Assembly (NCBI GenBank): GCA_027014125.1 | Contig: JALWEI010000022.1 | Coordinates: 28,128-92,127, forward strand | Length of the DNA stretch: 64,000 nucleotides | Source of the DNA: Acidilobaceae archaeon | GTDB taxonomy: Archaea; Thermoproteota; Thermoprotei_A; Sulfolobales; Acidilobaceae | Direction: 5' to 3' | Part shown: in pieces, positions 58,835 to 64,000 of the stretch | Layout: every line of letters starts with the position of its first letter | How positions within the stretch are numbered: position 1 is the first letter of the stretch | The notes under the pieces: model-generated | The model's database searches: none | What the model was told of the DNA's origin: nothing | Seen by the model: the letters and a program-made list of their open reading frames with translations, nothing else | Translations under genes and position numbers: made by a program

Positions 58835-59043
58835 TTCATAATGAAATAATCCTATGCAGTTTGATCATCAACCGTAATTGTTTACGTTATCGAGCATAGG
58901 AGGGTTTAGGTGTGGGCTTTATTGGGGCCGGGCTTATCTACTGCCTTAGGGGCCGGATGATCTGCCGTTGGGTGTCGCCCGCATCGTCGGAGTGGTGACG
59001 AGTCCCCTGGCTTTGACGGCCCTTTCTTCTAGGTTGATGCTGA

Positions 59044-59814
59044 TTAAGCTGTGATTCCTATCTTTTCTAAGAATTCTCTTAGGATGCTTGTGTATTCTGC
59101 TGGTTTCTGTATGTGGGTTAGGTGTCCTGCTCCCCGTATTATCTTGAGGGTTGAGCCCTGTATTGCCTCGTGTAGCTTGGCTAGCTCGTGTGGTGGAGTG
59201 ATTGGGTCTAGCTCTCCTCCTATGATCAGGGTTGGTCTGGATATGGTGTGGGTGATGTGGGTTAGGTCTTCTCCTTGTATCCTTGTAGCTACTCTCAGTA
59301 TGTAGTCGGGGCTTCCGGATAGTAGGCTGGATAGGTTGCTGGCGCCCAGCCTCCTGGCTATCCTCCCCTGGGCATCATGGTCCTCCTCTAGCAGGGCCCT
59401 CTGTAGTAGATCAGTGTTTATCCTTATCCTGGGGCTGGTGTTGGATAGGACTAGGGCTTTGACTCTATCCTTTGCCGCTTCATACAGCCTTAGCGCGACC
59501 ATGCCACCCATGCTAGAGCCAACTATCACTGCTTCCCCTACCCCCTCCCAATCCATTACGCCCAGCACGTCCCTGGCGAAGTCCGTGGTGCCCGGGGTAG
59601 TGGGCGGTCGCTCGGACCTGCCAAAGCCTCGCAGGTCCACAGCTATTGCCCTGAGTCTGGGCGAGAGCGCCTTTAGCTGGTAGAGCCAAGCCTCGGCCCT
59701 GCCGCCGAGGCCGTGTATAAACACTACTGCAACATCGCCAGAGCCGGCTATTATGTAGCTTATCCTAAGCCCCTCTACTACTGCAACCCTCCTCTCGTAC
59801 ATACCCTCGGGCAC
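59044..59814 (-). CDS. alpha/beta-fold hydrolase
   Basis: 256 aa with HGLGG oxyanion loop, nucleophile elbow GSSMGG and C-terminal GAGHL. Confidence 0.8.
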   Translation of the reverse strand: MPEGMYERRVAVVEGLRISYIIAGSGDVAVVFIHGLGGRAEAWLYQLKALSPRLRAIAVDLRGFGRSERPPTTPGTTDFARDVLGVMDWEGVGEAVIVGSSMGGMVALRLYEAAKDRVKALVLSNTSPRIRINTDLLQRALLEEDHDAQGRIARRLGASNLSSLLSGSPDYILRVATRIQGEDLTHITHTISRPTLIIGGELDPITPPHELAKLHEAIQGSTLKIIRGAGHLTHIQKPAEYTSILREFLEKIGITA

Positions 59815-59851
59815 CCAGTGTTAATGGCCACTGCCAGGGCATATTTCCGGG

Positions 59852-60115
59852 TTGGGTGTAAGGGGCTTGACAGCGCTGAGCAGGGCTCCTGAGGGTGCTA
59901 GGGTTAGGGTTAGGAGTGTACCCGGTGGTAGCGTGGGTGGCATGCTGAAGAGTAGAGGGATCATGCCGGGCTCCGTTCTCACCATAGTGAGCAACCCCAG
60001 CGTGCCTTGGAGCCCAGTTATAGTGAAGGTTATGGGGACCAGGGTTGCGGTGGGCCGTGACGTCGCCAATAGTATAGAGGTTGAGGTCCTGAGCGAGGGT
60101 GAACCTGTTTCTTAG
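59852..60115 (+). CDS. feoA: FeoA-domain protein
   Basis: 87 aa. ...ARVRVRSVPGG...LKSRGIMPGSVLTIVSN.....VIVKVMGTRVAVGRDVANSIEV matches the SH3-like FeoA pattern. Located upstream of feoB. Confidence 0.8.
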   Translation: MGVRGLTALSRAPEGARVRVRSVPGGSVGGMLKSRGIMPGSVLTIVSNPSVPWSPVIVKVMGTRVAVGRDVANSIEVEVLSEGEPVS

Positions 60116-60212
60116 CCGAAAAGCTTGCTAGTTTAACAGTGTTTATTAGACTCGGGCCCCCGGAATTTTACATGGTAGAATATATGTTAAAGCCGCGGGG
60201 AGTGGCACGAAG

Positions 60213-62291
60213 TTGAGGCACAGCCACGCAAAGACAATACACCTAGCGGAAGAAGCGGGGGAATGCAGCACGATAGTACTACTAGTGGGCACCCCAAACA
60301 GCGGGAAGTCCACACTATTCAACCAGATAACAGGCGGCAAGAGCAGGATAGCCAACTGGCCCGGAGTCACAGTAGACCTACACTACAGTAGGCTAGGCGA
60401 CACATGCATAGTAGACACGCCCGGAGCCTACGCCATGGACGGAGGCACGATAGAGGAGGAGATACTAGTAGACGCGATAACCAGCCTAAAGCCGAGCAAG
60501 ATAGTATTCATACTGGACGGGCTACAACCGGAAGCAGGTATATACCTACTAACACAGCTACTAGAAGCATACCAGGGCCCAGTAGAGGTGCTAGTCACGA
60601 AATCTCTACTCTCACACGGATCCGGGATACACATCGACGTGGAAGGCCTATCACGCAGGCTAGGTGTGAGGATCAACAGGGTGAGCATACTAGAAGGCGT
60701 AGGCATGGAGAGGGTCAAGGAGGCGATAAGCACGACAAGCACAAGCAAGCCACAGCTAAGGATAGACTATGGCCCGCTAGAACCCTACATAAGCATACTA
60801 GAGCAACTAATAGACGAGGACAAGATAAGACCCCTATCCAAGAGATGGCTAGCAGTACAGCTACTAGCCGGGGACCAGGTGGCAAGGGGAATAGCAGCAA
60901 GCATAGGCGAGGGGATACTGGGGGAGGCTGATAGGATAAAATCAGCCCTTGTATCACAGGGCATAGACCCCGAGGACGTGATCGCATCAGCCAGGCTAGA
61001 CACGGCGGAGACCCTGGCAAGGAGGTACGTTATAAGGAGGACCCCAGGGGAGCTGGGTGCCAGGATCGACAAGGTAATGCTACACCCCATACTAGGCCCC
61101 CTAGCCAGCATAGCGATTCTATTCGCAGCCTTCTTCGCAGTGTTCAGCATATCCATAGGCTTCCCGCTAAACATGATCCTCTACTCGCTAGGCATGCCCC
61201 ACGCCGCCGCGTTGATAGAAGAGTACAGCCTAGCCGGGATCATCAGCATGGCCTTCGATAGGCTACTATCAATGGTGCCAGACCAGGGGCTAGCCTGGGG
61301 CCTAGTCTCTGGCGTCCTAAGCGGTGTAGGCGTTATCGCCTCGTTCATACCATTAATAGCAGTGGCAACAGCCTTCCTAGCGATCCTCGAGGATTCCGGA
61401 ATTATGACTAGAATAGCAGTCTCACTCCACCCATTCCTCCAGAAGCTGGACGTCTCAGGCAGGAGCATCTACCCATACCTACTAGGACTTGGGTGCAATG
61501 TGCCGGCGATAATCACATCCCGCCTACTCCCAGCGGGCGAGAGGATGAGGGTCATATTCTCGATCCCATTCGTCATATGTAGCGCGAGGCTAATAGTGCT
61601 ACTCGCATTCGTATCCGCATTCTTCAAAGGCCCCCTAACCCAGGCCGTGGTTGCAGCCAGCATCTACACCCTATCGGCGCTGGTAGCCCTAATCACAGCT
61701 AGGATTGCCCACCGCATCTACGGGGGAGAGGATCCAGGGAAGCCCTATCTAGTAATGGAGCTGCCCCTAATGCACAAGCCAAGTATGAGAGTCGTATGGT
61801 GGAGTGTAAGGTCCTCGCTAGCGCACTTCATAAGGAAGATGGCGGGCCCTATAACAGTGGCAGCCGTGATTATATGGCTCCTCCTCCAAGCACCCGGCAG
61901 TGGAGCCAGCCTGGGCCACACGATAGGCTCAACCCTAGGTACCATATTCGAGCCGCTAGGTGTGGGGGAGGAGCAGGCACAGATACTAGGTCTAGCCGGG
62001 ATAGCAGGGTCTATGGTGAAGGAAGTTATAGTGGAGACCATCGGGGTGGCTTACGGCAGCCCTGACCCAAGGGAGGCTGTTGCTGCGCTAGGCCTTACAC
62101 CGGTCCAGGCCTACTCTATACTGGTATTCTTCATGTTCTACACCCCCTGCATAGCGACGGCGGTGGCGGTGTATAGTGAGACCGGCCGCCCCAGGCTACT
62201 GGCCTCCCTGATAGCATACTCCCTAGCGGTAGCAGTTGCCCTCATGTACATAACCTACGCAATCCTAGAGGTGGCGACCAGGTGGCTATGA
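60213..62291 (+). CDS. feoB: ferrous iron transporter FeoB
   Basis: 692 aa with an N-terminal G domain (GTPNSGKSTLFNQITG, DTPG), followed by a polytopic gate/nucleoside-recognition membrane domain. TTG start. Confidence 0.92.
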   Translation: MRHSHAKTIHLAEEAGECSTIVLLVGTPNSGKSTLFNQITGGKSRIANWPGVTVDLHYSRLGDTCIVDTPGAYAMDGGTIEEEILVDAITSLKPSKIVFILDGLQPEAGIYLLTQLLEAYQGPVEVLVTKSLLSHGSGIHIDVEGLSRRLGVRINRVSILEGVGMERVKEAISTTSTSKPQLRIDYGPLEPYISILEQLIDEDKIRPLSKRWLAVQLLAGDQVARGIAASIGEGILGEADRIKSALVSQGIDPEDVIASARLDTAETLARRYVIRRTPGELGARIDKVMLHPILGPLASIAILFAAFFAVFSISIGFPLNMILYSLGMPHAAALIEEYSLAGIISMAFDRLLSMVPDQGLAWGLVSGVLSGVGVIASFIPLIAVATAFLAILEDSGIMTRIAVSLHPFLQKLDVSGRSIYPYLLGLGCNVPAIITSRLLPAGERMRVIFSIPFVICSARLIVLLAFVSAFFKGPLTQAVVAASIYTLSALVALITARIAHRIYGGEDPGKPYLVMELPLMHKPSMRVVWWSVRSSLAHFIRKMAGPITVAAVIIWLLLQAPGSGASLGHTIGSTLGTIFEPLGVGEEQAQILGLAGIAGSMVKEVIVETIGVAYGSPDPREAVAALGLTPVQAYSILVFFMFYTPCIATAVAVYSETGRPRLLASLIAYSLAVAVALMYITYAILEVATRWL

Positions 62292-62518
62292 GTAGGGAGG
62301 CAAGGAGGCTGGCGCAGCTCCTCCAGTCCGGGGCTAGCCTGGAGGAGGCTGCCAGGGCTATGGGGATAAGCATGGTTAGGGCTAGGATGCTAGTCTCCTA
62401 CCTAGCATCGAGGGGCATAGTCAGGGCGGTCCCACAGGGATGTGGGGATTGCAGGTTGTGCCCCTTCAGGGGGTCCTGTAGGCTGGGTGGTAGGGTAGCC
62501 TACCTGGTTAAGGGGTAG
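62282..62518 (+). CDS. FeoC-like small winged-helix protein with C-terminal Cys cluster
   Basis: 78 aa. ...LEEAARAMGISMVRARMLVSYLASRGIV... is followed by CGDCRLCPFRGSC. It overlaps the feoB stop. Confidence 0.55.
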   Translation: MAMSREARRLAQLLQSGASLEEAARAMGISMVRARMLVSYLASRGIVRAVPQGCGDCRLCPFRGSCRLGGRVAYLVKG

Positions 62519-63477
62519 TGGCAAGCCACCATCCTGGAGGCTCCAGCCAGCTGGGGCTCCTCTTTAACGCATTTGGAGCCGTCGGAGTAGGGGCACCTGG
62601 GGTGGAACCTGCAACCGCTGGGTATCCTGCTGGGGTCGGCGATCTCCCCCCGGATCCTCAGGCTGGGCTTCCTGGCTCCACGGACTATTGTGGGGGCGGC
62701 GGCGATTAGTGCCTCCGTGTAGGGGTGGCCTGGGTTGTGTAGTATGTCCTCTGTTGGGCCTATCTCCACGATCTTGCCTAGGTACATCACGGCGGTCCTA
62801 TCTGCTACAAGCCTCGCCACGGCCAGGTCGTGGGTTATCATTATCATGCTCATATTATACTCCCTCTTGAAGTCTAGTAGTAGCTTCAGTATAGAGGTCC
62901 TCATGGAGACGTCTATCATGGACACAGGCTCGTCAGCTACGAGCAGGTCTGGCTTCAGTATCATGGCCCTGGCTATGACGACCCTCTGCCTCTGCCCCCC
63001 GCTCAGCTGGATAGGCTTCCTCCTATAGAAATCCCTGGCAGGGGTTAGGCCTACTCTCTCCAGCATCTCCAGCGCCTCCCTCCTTGCCTCGCTCCACGAA
63101 GCCCTGCCGTGGACTACCAGGGGCTCTGCTATGGCCTTGCCTACCTCCATTCTGGGGTTGAGGCTGGCGTATGGGTCTTGGTAGATCATCTGCATCCTGG
63201 GCCTTAGCCTCCTGAGCTCTCCCTCCCTCATCCTGGTTATGTCTATACCGTCGAATACGATCCTGCCGCTGGTGGGCTCCAGTAGCCTGAGTATTAGTTT
63301 CCCGGTGGTTGTCTTCCCGCTCCCGGATTCTCCTACTAAGGCCAGCGTCTCCCCCCGGTTCAGCTTGAATGAGACTCCGTCTACAGCCTTGACGATCCTC
63401 ACTCTACCCAGTAGCCTGTCTATTAGGTCGCCCTGGGTGAAGTGCTTCTTTAGGTCCTCAACCTCTAGTATGGCCAT
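62500..63477 (-). CDS. oppF: oligopeptide/dipeptide ABC transporter ATP-binding protein (OppF/DppF type)
   Basis: 325 aa with GESGSGKTT, LSGGQRQRV, LLVADEP and the C-terminal CRFHPRCP motif. Confidence 0.9.
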   Translation of the reverse strand: MAILEVEDLKKHFTQGDLIDRLLGRVRIVKAVDGVSFKLNRGETLALVGESGSGKTTTGKLILRLLEPTSGRIVFDGIDITRMREGELRRLRPRMQMIYQDPYASLNPRMEVGKAIAEPLVVHGRASWSEARREALEMLERVGLTPARDFYRRKPIQLSGGQRQRVVIARAMILKPDLLVADEPVSMIDVSMRTSILKLLLDFKREYNMSMIMITHDLAVARLVADRTAVMYLGKIVEIGPTEDILHNPGHPYTEALIAAAPTIVRGARKPSLRIRGEIADPSRIPSGCRFHPRCPYSDGSKCVKEEPQLAGASRMVACHYPLTR

Positions 63478-63483
63478 CTGTGG

Positions 63484-64000
63484 TCACCCGTATAGGTGGC
63501 ATGCTACCATTCTGTCCCTGATCCTGGTGGGCCTGGGCTCCCTGGACTTGCATGGCTCGAATGCCTTGTGGCACCTGGGGTGGAACCTGCAACCGCTGGG
63601 CGGGTTCCTGAGGTCTGGCGGGTTGCCTGGTATCGAGTATAGCGTCTTCTCCCTCCAGAGGTCGGGGGTGCTCTTTATCAGCGCTTCAGTGTATGGGTGT
63701 AGCGGCTCCTCTATGACCTGTTCCGCTGGTCCCTCCTCGACGATCTCCGCCGCGTACATCACGGCTATCCTATCACTAACCTCAGCCGCCAGTGCAATAT
63801 CGTGCGTTATTAGAATGATGCTCATCCCCATCTTGCGTTGCAGGCTCTTGAGGAGCCTCATTATGCTGGCCTGCACTATCACGTCTAGGGCCGTAGTAGG
63901 CTCGTCGGCTATGAGTAGCCTGGGCTTGAGCATCACCGCCATGGCTATCATGACCCTCTGCCTCTGCCCCCCGCTCAGCTGGTGGGGGTAGTACTTGACC
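63484..64000 (-). CDS. oppD: oligopeptide/dipeptide ABC transporter ATP-binding protein (OppD/DppD type), 5' end beyond the window
   Basis: The frame is open to the window edge: ...HQLSGGQRQRVMIAMAVMLKPRLLIADEPTTALD...ITHD...CRFHPRC.... Confidence 0.88.
   Translation of the reverse strand, partial: VKYYPHQLSGGQRQRVMIAMAVMLKPRLLIADEPTTALDVIVQASIMRLLKSLQRKMGMSIILITHDIALAAEVSDRIAVMYAAEIVEEGPAEQVIEEPLHPYTEALIKSTPDLWREKTLYSIPGNPPDLRNPPSGCRFHPRCHKAFEPCKSREPRPTRIRDRMVACHLYG

Noticed and set aside
60404-61174. Alternative-frame and antisense ORFs inside feoB (60404..60931 Arg/His/Gly-rich; 60428..60748; 60715..61020; 60785..61174)
   Set aside because: They are embedded in a gene with unambiguous FeoB G-domain and membrane-domain motifs. 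Their compositions are extreme and no motifs are present.

Overview
The window looks like chromosomal DNA from a hyperthermophilic crenarchaeon of the Desulfurococcales or Aeropyrum type. That assignment is an inference from gene content, codon usage (heavy AGG/AGA, CUA and AUA), tight or overlapping gene spacing, and a spliced cbf5 gene. Most of the window is densely packed housekeeping genes. These include sucCD, fumC, gdhA, ribB/ribC, the NMD3-aIF1A-Rio1-KH cluster, fixABCX, and the secY-adk-DUF106-L34e-cmk-L14e-cbf5 tail of the ribosomal protein cluster. There are also a BtuF/FecCD/ABC uptake system, feoABC, an Lhr-type helicase, trkH, and the 3' end of an opp/dpp ATPase pair. I found four tRNA genes: Arg-CCU, Gly-CCC, Ala-UGC and Leu-CAG. 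I saw no rRNA and no CRISPR array. Five things stand out. (1) cbf5 is split by a 35-nt intron with a canonical bulge-helix-bulge motif. (2) A 4.9-kb cryptic element is integrated into tRNA-Leu(CAG), bounded by 51-bp att repeats. Its SSV-type integrase is partitioned, and the C-terminal part is decayed. The cargo includes a DUF4065/Panacea-like gene facing a very AT-rich three-TM membrane protein gene. (3) An operon of Roadblock/LC7 proteins lacks a GTPase partner, and one member is fused to zinc ribbons and a membrane anchor. It sits next to a sharply AT-rich 1.1-kb island. (4) A FecCD permease gene has no canonical start codon. (5) Several small unannotated reading frames and surface proteins are worth a look. 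Functional calls rest on motifs I recognise by eye. No database search was run.
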